Source of the DNA: Hausera hauseri
Lineage: Eukaryota
Direction: 5' to 3'
Length of the DNA stretch: 63,805 bases
NCBI GenBank assembly: GCA_046269625.1
Contig: JBJURY010000012.1
Coordinates: forward strand, 196-64,000
Shown: positions 51,492-61,683 of the stretch, in pieces
Layout: each line of letters opens with the position of its first letter
Numbering within the stretch: the first letter of the stretch is position 1
Position numbers and translations under genes: made by a program
The notes under the pieces: model-generated
Databases searched by the model: none
Seen by the model: only the letters and a program-made list of their open reading frames with translations
Told to the model about the DNA's origin: nothing

Positions 51492-52756
51492 TAAAAATAA
51501 AAATTTAAAAAAAAAGACCTACTAGGATGCTTTAACTTATTTAAAACCTTAAACTCTATTTGTCTAATTCTTTCCCTAGTTACATTAAATATTCTACCTA
51601 TATTCTCCAAAGTATATTTCTTACAATTTTTATTTAAACCGTAACGCATTCTAACTATCTTTTCCTCCTTTTTTCCTAAAGAGGAAAGAATACTATTAAG
51701 TTTAACTCTTAAATCAAAATAATATTCTTCTCTATCTAAAACACAATCATTATTACCATAACTCACATCTCCAAAACTAGCAATATGTTCTTCTAGAGAT
51801 GTTGGGTTTCCAATATTTTCCAAGACGTATTTCAACTTACAAGCTCTACCAACATCTTTATATCCTATTTTTCCGCGTTTGTCAAGTCTGTCTCCTTTTA
51901 TATAAGAAATATATTCCAAAACATGTACAGGTATATGAATAATCTTATATTTATAAGAAATATATCTAGTAACAGCTTGTATAATCCACCAAGTAGCATA
52001 GGTAGAAAATCTAAAACCTTTAGAATAACTAAACTTATCAACAGCCTTTATTAACCCTAAATAACCTTCTTGTAATAAGTCAGGAAACAAACTATTTAAA
52101 TTAGAATATCTTTTAATTATGGAAACTATCAATCTATAATTGGATTTAACTATTACTTTTTTTAATAATTTATAAAAAACTTTTCTTCTAACTAAAGCAA
52201 TATAATCTTTTTTAAAATTAAATATATTAATTTTATTCAAAATTAAAAAAAGTAAATTCTTATAGAAATATAAAAGATAATATCTAGAAGAAAAAATAAA
52301 AAAAGATAAAAAAAGAAAATTAACATTATAAATATTTAACAAATTAAACTTAAATTTTAAATCATAAAAATTAACCATACCTTTTAAAATAATAGTCTCA
52401 TTATAGAAAAAATTAATAAAATAATTAAAATATTTATCAAAAAACTCTAATATTAAATATTTAATATTAATAATATTTATTATTTTAAAAAAAAAAATTA
52501 TATTTTTAATCCTATAAATATTATTAATAATATTATTAATAATATAATTGAATATACCTAACAAATAAATAATATCAATATTTTTAATGTTCATACTAAT
52601 AAAATACTTTTTTAAATAAATATACGATAATATTTTCTTTTTCATTTTTATAACTAGAAAATCATATTTTAAATATAGTAAAATTATTCTATCAATATTA
52701 TAATCAAAAAGCTTAGTAATATTATTTTTCTCACCTCTATTTAATAAATTTTTCAT
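51491..52756 (-). CDS. rpoD: RNA polymerase sigma factor RpoD
   Basis: DLLQEG.LGL.KAVDKF, FSTYATWWI.QA, TLE.IG..FNVTRERIRQIE, KLKHPSRS. Confidence 0.97.
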   Translation of the reverse strand: MKNLLNRGEKNNITKLFDYNIDRIILLYLKYDFLVIKMKKKILSYIYLKKYFISMNIKNIDIIYLLGIFNYIINNIINNIYRIKNIIFFFKIINIINIKYLILEFFDKYFNYFINFFYNETIILKGMVNFYDLKFKFNLLNIYNVNFLFLSFFIFSSRYYLLYFYKNLLFLILNKINIFNFKKDYIALVRRKVFYKLLKKVIVKSNYRLIVSIIKRYSNLNSLFPDLLQEGYLGLIKAVDKFSYSKGFRFSTYATWWIIQAVTRYISYKYKIIHIPVHVLEYISYIKGDRLDKRGKIGYKDVGRACKLKYVLENIGNPTSLEEHIASFGDVSYGNNDCVLDREEYYFDLRVKLNSILSSLGKKEEKIVRMRYGLNKNCKKYTLENIGRIFNVTRERIRQIEFKVLNKLKHPSRSFFLNFYF

Positions 52757-52757
52757 G

Positions 52758-53681
52758 TTAATTAAAATTAATTCTTAATAAATATTCTATTCTAAATAAA
52801 TTTATTTTGTTAAATAAATAAAAATAATTACAAAAAAAATATTTTTTAAAATAACGTTTAAAAGTAAAACAATTATTTATTAAAATATATTCTTCTAAAG
52901 TAATACTACTATTTATTTTATTAAAAAATAAATGTATATCTTTACTAATTAAGGAACTGGGGTCGCTAGTATGTAAAAAAATAAAATGGATATAATATTT
53001 TTTTTTTAAAAGATACCTATAATATTTAATAACAATATTTCTATAGGATAATTTACCGGGATCATCGCCATCAAATAAAAAAAAAATATTATCACTAAAA
53101 CCAAGAATACGTTTTAACTGTAAAAAACTCAGAAAACATCCTAATATAGAAACAACGTTTTTAATACCTATTTTAAACATACTTAATAAATCAAAACATC
53201 CTTCAACAACATATAAATATTTTTTTTTAATAATACTTTTAATATTATCATAAATATAATATAAATAATTTAACTTATTAAAATAAAAATTACTTTTAGT
53301 AAAAACATATCTTAATTTAGAATTTTTATATATCGATCTACCTATAAATCCTATAATATTATTATTACTAAACAATGGTATTACTAACTTATTGGACAGT
53401 AAAAATAAATTTCCTAACTTACTAAAATGTATTAAATGTTTCATATTATCAACATATTTATTTTTAAAAATACTAATATTAAATCCATTACAATAACCTA
53501 GGGAAAACTTTTTTATAATATAATAAAAACATAAACCTCTATTATGTAAAAACAATAAAGCGTCGCAACTATTAAACAACCTACAAAAAAATATATTATT
53601 TAGTTTTCTATTTACAGACAATATTTTTCTCTTTCTTTTATACTTATAAAAAATTTTTTTATAACCATACCATTTCATCAT
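52758..53681 (-). CDS. dnaG: DNA primase (catalytic core only)
   Basis: LHNRGL, FSLGY, IIGFIGR, VVEGCFD, FDGDDPG, DP; upstream of rpoD. Confidence 0.9.
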   Translation of the reverse strand: MMKWYGYKKIFYKYKRKRKILSVNRKLNNIFFCRLFNSCDALLFLHNRGLCFYYIIKKFSLGYCNGFNISIFKNKYVDNMKHLIHFSKLGNLFLLSNKLVIPLFSNNNIIGFIGRSIYKNSKLRYVFTKSNFYFNKLNYLYYIYDNIKSIIKKKYLYVVEGCFDLLSMFKIGIKNVVSILGCFLSFLQLKRILGFSDNIFFLFDGDDPGKLSYRNIVIKYYRYLLKKKYYIHFIFLHTSDPSSLISKDIHLFFNKINSSITLEEYILINNCFTFKRYFKKYFFCNYFYLFNKINLFRIEYLLRINFN

Positions 53682-54163
53682 TGATTTTTTTTATTAAAAG
53701 CTTAAGTTTTATAAAGAATAACCCAGTTATTAAATTTAGTTCTTTAAGAAAAAGAATTATTTTAGAATTAAACAAAATGAACTTGATAAAATTAATTGTA
53801 TATCTTTATCCTATTTATATTATAACTAAAAAAACAAATTATTATACAGATTACAATTATTACAGTTATTATAACAATAAAACAAAATATAATAATATAA
53901 AATTATTTGATAAAAATTCTAGTAATATTTTAACTACCTTATATAAGGTTAGTATTATTAAACAAAATAGTTTTATTTGTAATATTACTTTTTATAATAG
54001 TATTACCACTCATATACTAAATAGATGTATTATAAGATATTTTAATATGGACATTAATACTAATATCCATATAATCAATTTAGGTTATTTCACAATAACT
54101 AGTATTAAAAACAATTATATTAATATAGAAGAAATAATAAGGTTTAAAAAAGTAAAGATATAA
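53681..54163 (+). CDS. Hypothetical protein (unrecognisable)
   Basis: 160-aa ORF filling the gap in an otherwise fully packed genome; no motif recognised. Confidence 0.5.
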   Translation: MIFFIKSLSFIKNNPVIKFSSLRKRIILELNKMNLIKLIVYLYPIYIITKKTNYYTDYNYYSYYNNKTKYNNIKLFDKNSSNILTTLYKVSIIKQNSFICNITFYNSITTHILNRCIIRYFNMDINTNIHIINLGYFTITSIKNNYINIEEIIRFKKVKI

Positions 54164-54315
54164 GATGGATTAAGTTATATCACTCTTAAATTATTTTTTT
54201 TTATTATTATGCTTTGCTTATAGCGTCTCAAGCCATAACCTACTTAATTTATTAGTTACCTAAAAACTTATTAAAGTCTTTTAATTTCCAGACTTTCCTA
54301 TTTAATTACTTATGA
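54150..54315 (-). ncRNA. rnpB: Probable miniaturised RNase P RNA
   Basis: TAGGAAAGTCTGGA (CR-I-like, 54300-54287), AAGCAAAGCATAATA (54219-54205), ACTTAATCCATCTTAT (CR-V-like, 54175-54160); P4 pairing possible; ends approximate. Confidence 0.7.
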
Positions 54316-55724
54316 AGAGATGGTCGTTAAGATTTAAAAAATCTACCTTAAATATAACTAAGAAATATACTTGTTCAATTAATAATGATATAAATCTATT
54401 TTATCAAGATATTAAATGTACTAAAATACATTGTTATATGTTATTCAAGATAGGAATACTAAATAAATCGGAATTAATAATAATAATAAAAGGTTTATAT
54501 ATAATAAAAAAAAAATTTAATTATAGTAAATTTATATTTAGCTATAATTTTGAAGATATTCATTTAAATATAGAAAATATCCTTATTAAGTTAATTGGTA
54601 ATACTGCTAAAAAAATAAGAACCGCACGGTCAAGAAATGACCAAATAGCAACTGATATAAAAATATGGATTAAAAAAAAAATGTTAAATATTATAAGATA
54701 TCTATTAATATTTATAAATAAAATAATTAGAATATCTTATTTAAATTATAAAACAATAATACCTGGTTATACTCATATGCAAATCGCTCAACCTATTTCA
54801 TTGGGTCATTATTTTATGTGTTATTTTAGTATGTTTTATAGGGATTTAATTAAATTAATTTATTTTAAAAAGAATTTCAATAGTTCTCCATTAGGAAGTT
54901 GTGCTTTAGCAGGTTCTAATATAAGAATAAATCAGAGTTATACATCTAATAAATTAAATTTTAAAAACTATTATATTAATTCAATAGATGGAGTTTCTGA
55001 TCGTGATTATATTTTGGATTTCTTATATATTAATTCTTTAATTATGTTACATATCTCGAAAATTTCAGAGGATATAATTATATGGATGAATACTTTTTAT
55101 GATTTTATAGATTTGCCAGATGAATTTTGTACTGGTTCTTCTATAATGCCACAGAAGAAAAACCCGGATATACCAGAAGTTTCTAGAGCTAGAACAAATA
55201 AAGTTATAGGGGGGTTATTTATAGTTTTTAATATTATTAAAAACATCCCCCTTGCATATAATAAAGATATGCAAGAAGATAAAAATGATATATTTAACTC
55301 TTATAATATAACTAAAGAAACAATAATAATATTTTCAAGAATACTTTTAAAAATAAAATTTAATAAAATGAAAATGTTAAGTTCATTAAAAAATTCTTTT
55401 TCAACTGCTACTGATATTGCAGATTATTTGGTTAGTAAAGGAATAAATTTTAAAGATTCACATAGTCTAGTTTCTAAATTAGTTTTATATTGTATAAATA
55501 AAAATATATATTTTCATAATTTAAAAAAAAAAGATTTATTTAGATTATCTAATAATATTACTAAAAAGATAAATATTAATAAATTTAAAAAAATAATTAA
55601 TATTAACTATTCAGTTAGAAATAAAAAAGGAGAGAATAGTACTAGATTCAGTAATGTTTTAAATCAGATTAAGATAGCTAAAAGAAAAATAAAAAATATT
55701 TTAACAAAGAATAATGATATTTAA
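54312..55724 (+). CDS. argH: Argininosuccinate lyase
   Basis: EDIH, RSRNDQ, PGYTHMQIAQP, TGSSIMPQKKNPD, AYNKDMQEDK. Confidence 0.97.
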   Translation: MKRWSLRFKKSTLNITKKYTCSINNDINLFYQDIKCTKIHCYMLFKIGILNKSELIIIIKGLYIIKKKFNYSKFIFSYNFEDIHLNIENILIKLIGNTAKKIRTARSRNDQIATDIKIWIKKKMLNIIRYLLIFINKIIRISYLNYKTIIPGYTHMQIAQPISLGHYFMCYFSMFYRDLIKLIYFKKNFNSSPLGSCALAGSNIRINQSYTSNKLNFKNYYINSIDGVSDRDYILDFLYINSLIMLHISKISEDIIIWMNTFYDFIDLPDEFCTGSSIMPQKKNPDIPEVSRARTNKVIGGLFIVFNIIKNIPLAYNKDMQEDKNDIFNSYNITKETIIIFSRILLKIKFNKMKMLSSLKNSFSTATDIADYLVSKGINFKDSHSLVSKLVLYCINKNIYFHNLKKKDLFRLSNNITKKININKFKKIININYSVRNKKGENSTRFSNVLNQIKIAKRKIKNILTKNNDI

Positions 55725-56982
55725 AAAGATAAAAAACGATATTAAATTAATAGAATTAGCTGAAAGGATATTTAAAAAAAAATATTTTATTTATTTACTT
55801 AATTACAATATTATATCATATCTAGCTATTAATATTATAAATAAAAACAATATATATATAAAAAAGGAAAACAATATAAAGGATTTTTTTTATTTTGAAA
55901 AATTTATAAAGAAAAAATATAAGAAAAAATTTGGAATATTAAATTTTAATTTATTCTATTTATTATATTATAATAATAATAATAATAATAATAAAACAAG
56001 TATTTTATTTTTTGAATATGATATATTATTTATAAAAAACAATATTACAAATGAAATTATTATTTGTATCGATTTTAAATTAAAAAAAGCATTAAAAATA
56101 ATTAAAAAAATAATTAAAATATTAAATATAAAGGATCGATCTAAATATATAGAAAATTTAAATATTTCTATTAATAAAATAAAACCAGATTTTTTAGATT
56201 ATATTAGATTATTTAAAAGAATTAAAAAAAAAATATTCAATGGGAAAATTATGCAGTTGCAATTAAGTAGAAAAATTACCTTTAATATAAACAAAAAAAC
56301 CTCTTTATTATCTATATATAAAAAATTATTATCTAAGAATTCTAGCAGTCTTTTCTTTTATACAAAAAGATTATTATTATTTTCTTTTTCACCTGAATAT
56401 TTAGTTATAGGAAACAATAATAATATAAAAACATCTCCAATAGCAGGAACTATAAATAGAGGAATAAATATAGTTTGTGATAAGATATTAGAAAAAAGAC
56501 TTATTAATGATAAAAAAGAATTATCTGAACATCTAATGCTTATTGATTTATCAAGAAACGATTTAAATTCTATTAATTTAAATAATACTATTTGGGTTAA
56601 TGAAATATTTAAAATAAATAAATTTAATTATATACAACATATTACTTCTAAAATATATTGTTATTTTAGAAATAAATTTTATATAAAAATAATAAGACAA
56701 ATGAATCCAGCGGGTACATTAAGTGGAACCCCAAAAATAGAAGCACTAAATTTATTATATAGATATGAAAAATATAGAAATATTTTTGGGGGTAATTTTG
56801 GAATTTTATCATATAATAAAATATTTCTTATGATATCTATAAGGATTTTGGTATATAAGAGTATATATAATTTTTACACCCAATCTGCCTCTGGTATAGT
56901 AAAATCATCATGTTTTTTATATGAATGGAATGAGTTAAATAATAAATTAAATTTTTTTAAATATGATATTATTAATAGATAA
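55714..56982 (+). CDS. trpE: Anthranilate synthase component I
   Basis: SPE, PIAGT..RG, KELSEHLMLIDL.RND, PAGTLSGTPK. Confidence 0.92.
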   Translation: MIFKKIKNDIKLIELAERIFKKKYFIYLLNYNIISYLAINIINKNNIYIKKENNIKDFFYFEKFIKKKYKKKFGILNFNLFYLLYYNNNNNNNKTSILFFEYDILFIKNNITNEIIICIDFKLKKALKIIKKIIKILNIKDRSKYIENLNISINKIKPDFLDYIRLFKRIKKKIFNGKIMQLQLSRKITFNINKKTSLLSIYKKLLSKNSSSLFFYTKRLLLFSFSPEYLVIGNNNNIKTSPIAGTINRGINIVCDKILEKRLINDKKELSEHLMLIDLSRNDLNSINLNNTIWVNEIFKINKFNYIQHITSKIYCYFRNKFYIKIIRQMNPAGTLSGTPKIEALNLLYRYEKYRNIFGGNFGILSYNKIFLMISIRILVYKSIYNFYTQSASGIVKSSCFLYEWNELNNKLNFFKYDIINR

Positions 56983-57547
56983 TAAGGATTCTTCGATATT
57001 TAATTTAGCTAAAATATTTATTAAAAATAAATTTAATATTAAAATCTGTAATAATAATTTAAAAGAAAAATATATAAGTGACAATCAAGCTATAATAGAA
57101 CTTATTTGCATATCAGCAGGACCAAAAAGTGTAAATAACTCAGGTAATATATTTAATATATTAAAAAAGTTTTATAAACAAATTCCTATATTAGGAATTT
57201 GTTTAGGTCATCAGATAATCTCTGTTTTTTTTGGGGGAAGGATTGTAAACTCCTTCTCACCAAAACATGGTGAGATAGAAATTATAAAATTAAAAAAACA
57301 TAGTTTATTTAATAATATACCAAAGGTTATAAAAGTGGTTAGATATAATTCATTAATTGTAGAAAAGAAAAGTTTACCAAAATGTTTTAAAGTATTAAGC
57401 TGTTGTATAAAAGAAGAAGAAATAATGATAATTATTCATAAGAAATATCTAATAGTTGGATTGCAATTTCATCCTGAATCAATATTAACTTTATTTGGTG
57501 AAAAAATAATAGTAAATTTTCTAAAAAAATGTATAAAGAAAGAATAG
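56963..57547 (+). CDS. trpG: Anthranilate synthase component II
   Basis: MILLIDN.DS, ISAGP, LGICLGHQ, RYNSL, QFHPES. Confidence 0.95.
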   Translation: MILLIDNKDSSIFNLAKIFIKNKFNIKICNNNLKEKYISDNQAIIELICISAGPKSVNNSGNIFNILKKFYKQIPILGICLGHQIISVFFGGRIVNSFSPKHGEIEIIKLKKHSLFNNIPKVIKVVRYNSLIVEKKSLPKCFKVLSCCIKEEEIMIIIHKKYLIVGLQFHPESILTLFGEKIIVNFLKKCIKKE

Positions 57548-58491
57548 AAAAAATAATAGTTAAAATATTAAATAATAAATATTTGTTATTATTTATATCG
57601 AAAATAAGAAATATAAAAAAATTTCTATGGTTATTTATAAAATATTTTTATTATAAGGTAAGTTCAAAAATATTATTTAATAATAATGAAATCTTTTATA
57701 CAGGTACAGGAGGTGATAATAAAAACGATTTTAATATTTCAACAACTGTTAGTTTAATATTATCCTTGAATGGAATTAAAATAGTAAAATTAGGAAGTAA
57801 AAAAAGAACAAGTAAATCAGGTAGTATAGATTTATTTAACCTCTATTATAAAAATTATAATAATAAAAATTATAATAATAAATATAAATTATTTAAAAAA
57901 TCTAATATAATAATATTTACTATAAAGGATATATTACCATTAAATAGTATATATAATAATCTAAATACTATAAGAAAGGAATTGCAATGTAGTACTATAC
58001 TGAATTATATTTTCCCATTATTGAATGTTTTTGGGATAAGAAAGCATATTTTAGGTATTAATAATCCTAGCTTAGGTAAATATGTTTGTAAGATTATGAT
58101 TAGATTAGGAATAAAAGAAGGAATTGTTATATCTAGTATGGATAATTCTGATGAACTTTCTATATTTAATAATAATATAATATATAGATTTAAAAATAAT
58201 AAAGTTTATAAACTTATATTAAGTGCTAAATATTTTAATTTAGATTTACCTAATAGATATATTAAGTATATTAAAATAAATAGTATAAATGATTCTAAAA
58301 ATATTATATTAAATGCGTTGAAAAAAATAAATATACCTGCTTTAAATACAATAATTTTAAACCTAAGTTGTATAATAAATTTTATAACAAACAAAAAGTA
58401 TTGTAAGTGTATTAATAAAGCTATTGATTATATAAATAATAATAAAGTAATTAATTTTTTTTTAAATGATAAAGGAAATAATAAAGAATAA
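57529..58491 (+). CDS. trpD: Anthranilate phosphoribosyltransferase
   Basis: GTGGD, FNISTT, SKSGSID, IRKEL, PLLN, DELS. Confidence 0.92.
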   Translation: MYKERIEKIIVKILNNKYLLLFISKIRNIKKFLWLFIKYFYYKVSSKILFNNNEIFYTGTGGDNKNDFNISTTVSLILSLNGIKIVKLGSKKRTSKSGSIDLFNLYYKNYNNKNYNNKYKLFKKSNIIIFTIKDILPLNSIYNNLNTIRKELQCSTILNYIFPLLNVFGIRKHILGINNPSLGKYVCKIMIRLGIKEGIVISSMDNSDELSIFNNNIIYRFKNNKVYKLILSAKYFNLDLPNRYIKYIKINSINDSKNIILNALKKINIPALNTIILNLSCIINFITNKKYCKCINKAIDYINNNKVINFFLNDKGNNKE

Positions 58492-59209
58492 AATAGGTGA
58501 AATAAAAAATAGTATGTTAAAATTATCTAGATATAGATTAAATGAAATAGAAAAGAAAATAAAAACAAAATTTTGTTTTTATAAAGGTATAATAGGTGAA
58601 TTGAAATACTTCACTCCGGTAAAAGGTAATTTATGTAGTAGTATTACATTTAATAGATTACCTGTTATTTATAATAATAAAGATATTAAGTTTTTTTCAG
58701 TTTTAACGGATAAGATATATTTTGGAGGGGAAAATAATTATATTACTATTATAAAAAATAAATGGGAATATATATATATATTAAGAAAAGATTTTATAAT
58801 AAATACTTATCAAATCCTAGAATCTAAAGTATTAGGAATTAATTTTATTTTATTAATTATCAAAATATTAAGTACTAAATTATTAACAATACTAGTTAAT
58901 GGTGCGTATAAATATAATATAAATATAATATTAGAATTAACAAATTATAAGGATATTCTAAGATCAATAAGAATAATAAAAAATAATAAACAAATATTTA
59001 TTATTTTAGGTTTTAATAATAGGAATTTGAAATATTTTAATTTTAATAAAGGTAAAATTTATAATTTAATTATAAAAAATCAATTATTATTATATAAATA
59101 CAATATAGCAATTGAATCTGGTATAAATAAAAATAATTTAAATAGGTATTTAAAAATTAATATTAATTATTTTTTAATAGGAGAATACTTAATTAAATGT
59201 TCTATTTAA
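58466..59209 (+). CDS. trpC: Indole-3-glycerol phosphate synthase
   Basis: IIGELK..TP.KG, SVLTD..YFGG, LRKDFI, GFNNRNL, ESGI, LIGE. Confidence 0.92.
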   Translation: MIKEIIKNKIGEIKNSMLKLSRYRLNEIEKKIKTKFCFYKGIIGELKYFTPVKGNLCSSITFNRLPVIYNNKDIKFFSVLTDKIYFGGENNYITIIKNKWEYIYILRKDFIINTYQILESKVLGINFILLIIKILSTKLLTILVNGAYKYNINIILELTNYKDILRSIRIIKNNKQIFIILGFNNRNLKYFNFNKGKIYNLIIKNQLLLYKYNIAIESGINKNNLNRYLKININYFLIGEYLIKCSI

Positions 59210-59895
59210 GGATTAAAAAATGTGAAGGAGGAATAGAAAGTTGTTTATTTCTAAAAGATATGTTTGAAATGTATATAAAATATTTAAATAGAAATAAAAT
59301 AATATATAATATAATAAATATACAAAAAAATAAAAATATAATATATGAAACTGTAATATTAATTATTAATATAAAAGATATTAAATTTCTTAGATATGAG
59401 GTAGGGATTCATAGGGTGCAAAGAGTACCTAAGACGGAAAAGTTTAATAGAATCCATACATCAATAGTATCAGTCGATATAATTAATAGAATCCCTACAA
59501 AAGATACTATTATAATTAATAAAAAAGATATTATTATAGAAACATTTAAATCCTCTGGAGCAGGAGGACAACATATTAATAAAACTAACTCAGCGGTAAG
59601 AATAAAACATTTACCTACTGGTTTAAAGGTAGAATGTCAGAAAGAAAGATCACAGTTCTTAAATAAAAAAGAAGGATTGAAAATATTGGAGAATAAAATA
59701 ATATATGAAGAACATAAAAGAATTATAGAAAATAAGAAAAGATATAATAAATCCATTAAAGTAAATACTAATAGATCAAATAAAATTAGAACCTATAATT
59801 TTAAGAAAGGAATAGTAATAGATCATATAAATAATAAAAAATATCCGTTAGAAAAAATATTATCAGGTCAATTAGAATTAATATATAAAAATTAA
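59197..59895 (+). CDS. prfA: Peptide chain release factor 1, N-terminally truncated
   Basis: [10 protein letters not shown] (PxT), [24 protein letters not shown]. Confidence 0.93.
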   Translation: MFYLRIKKCEGGIESCLFLKDMFEMYIKYLNRNKIIYNIINIQKNKNIIYETVILIINIKDIKFLRYEVGIHRVQRVPKTEKFNRIHTSIVSVDIINRIPTKDTIIINKKDIIIETFKSSGAGGQHINKTNSAVRIKHLPTGLKVECQKERSQFLNKKEGLKILENKIIYEEHKRIIENKKRYNKSIKVNTNRSNKIRTYNFKKGIVIDHINNKKYPLEKILSGQLELIYKN

Positions 59896-61013
59896 ATAAA
59901 TAATATTTTTTTCAATTCTCTTTTAATAATTTTTCTATTTTCTATACCAATATAGAATCTTATTATATTTACTTTTTTATTATTATATATAAAGTTTTTG
60001 TATAAAGATACCAAACTAATATTTCCTCCCCAACTTAAACCTAATTTAAATAGATTAGATCTATTTATAATATTAAAATTAATATTTTTTTTTAATATAA
60101 TAGAAAATAAACTGGAAGTTTTTTTATAAAAAAACTTCCTCCAATTTTTATCTTTATTTAAACCTGGAAATAGTATTTTTTTTATTACAGTTCTTTTATT
60201 CTTTAAAGTATATACTAACCATTTTATTAATTTTATAGTTTTATTATAATGTATTTTATATCTAATATATATCGTTGATATACTTCTTAATATATAATAA
60301 CAATCTTCATTTGATATACCTATACCCGTATATTTTCTAGTCAATAATAATCTTTTATATAATTGTTTATTTTTAACAATAATTGCCCCCATTAATAAAT
60401 CATTGCATCCACTGTAATATTTAGTTAAAGCAATAAATGATATATCAAAGCCTTGGGTTAATGGACGATAATAAACACTTGAATAATATGAATTATCAGC
60501 TATCAATATAGATCTTTTTAAATAAGATAGCTTAATCAAATATTTTATATTAGGAAATTTAAAGGTAATAGAGGTAGGTATTTCAGCAAATATTATCTTT
60601 ATATTTTTATACTTAATCTTTTTATATATCTTTTTATATTCCCAACTATAGTTATAAAAGTAAACGTTAATATTATATTTCTTTTTCATCCATAATACAC
60701 ATCTTTTATTTGGATAATAAATATTATAAGGTAATAATATACCATCGTATTCCTTTAAAAAAGTTAGATATATATTATATATACAAGATAGTCCAGAAGG
60801 ATATAATAAAGTATATTTCCCTCCTTCTAATAATGATATTATTTTTTCTAATAACTCACTAATTTTAGTTCCATCTAAACCATAATTCTTTTTATTATTA
60901 AAATAATCATTAATGTTATTAAATATAATAGTAGAAGCTTTTGTTATTGGATAATTACAATATATATTATTTTTCGTTATTATATTTAATATTTTATGTA
61001 TTAGATATTTCAT
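59892..61013 (-). CDS. metC: Cystathionine beta-lyase
   Basis: ASTIIF, YGLDGT, LEGG, PSGL, ALTKY.SG.ND.LMG, LGLSWGG..SL. Confidence 0.9.
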   Translation of the reverse strand: MKYLIHKILNIITKNNIYCNYPITKASTIIFNNINDYFNNKKNYGLDGTKISELLEKIISLLEGGKYTLLYPSGLSCIYNIYLTFLKEYDGILLPYNIYYPNKRCVLWMKKKYNINVYFYNYSWEYKKIYKKIKYKNIKIIFAEIPTSITFKFPNIKYLIKLSYLKRSILIADNSYYSSVYYRPLTQGFDISFIALTKYYSGCNDLLMGAIIVKNKQLYKRLLLTRKYTGIGISNEDCYYILRSISTIYIRYKIHYNKTIKLIKWLVYTLKNKRTVIKKILFPGLNKDKNWRKFFYKKTSSLFSIILKKNINFNIINRSNLFKLGLSWGGNISLVSLYKNFIYNNKKVNIIRFYIGIENRKIIKRELKKILFI

Positions 61014-61018
61014 ATCTT

Positions 61019-61660
61019 TTATTTAATATATATTTTTTTTCTAAAATTAAATATTTTATATATATATATAAAATAATAATTCGGGATAGAATAAAATGTT
61101 TTTTTTTCTTTTAATTGGAAATTTAATTTCCAATTATGAAGATGATTAATGTAATATATACTTTTTATTTTTATAATATAAGTATTTTTCAAATATGTAA
61201 TTAATTTAATTTGATGAGTATAACCTGTTAGTATTTTAAATAAACATAGTTTTATATTGTTTCTAATATCTAGTTTCAATATTATTGATTCAGAATACCT
61301 TGTTTTATTAGAATAGGGTGATTTTATTTTTTGTATTATTATTTTATTGCTTTTAATTTTATTTATTAAAAAACAAATATATTTTTTATTAATAGTTTTT
61401 AATAGATAATTATTTCTTAATTTATTATATTTACTAAATGATATCTTAATAATTCCTAATATATCATAATCTAATCTATTTAATAAATAGACATTTATTT
61501 TATTGTAAAAACTTAATATTATATTAAATAAATTATTTTTTCTATTGTTTTTTATTATAGGATTATAATAGTTTTTATTTATTATAGTATAATACTTACA
61601 TAAATATATTATATAAATAGGAGGCTTATTTTTTAATATATTATTAAAAATAAATCTCAT
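61019..61660 (-). CDS. RluA/C/D family pseudouridine synthase (eroded)
   Basis: NRLDYDILG (HRLD.DTSG-like), TGYTHQIK, LH. Confidence 0.75.
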   Translation of the reverse strand: MRFIFNNILKNKPPIYIIYLCKYYTIINKNYYNPIIKNNRKNNLFNIILSFYNKINVYLLNRLDYDILGIIKISFSKYNKLRNNYLLKTINKKYICFLINKIKSNKIIIQKIKSPYSNKTRYSESIILKLDIRNNIKLCLFKILTGYTHQIKLITYLKNTYIIKIKSIYYINHLHNWKLNFQLKEKKTFYSIPNYYFIYIYKIFNFRKKIYIK

Positions 61661-61683
61661 TGATGATTATAATTATTAATTAC

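Noticed and set aside
5559-58394. Antisense or nested ORFs in the track (e.g. 5559, 6039, 8329, 8918, 10672, 11776, 12043, 14923, 15349, 17851, 19101, 21011, 22295, 23909, 33899, 40244, 41537, 50439, 58206)
   Set aside because: Shadow or alternative-frame ORFs over well-supported genes, mostly Phe/Leu/Ile-rich, with no motifs
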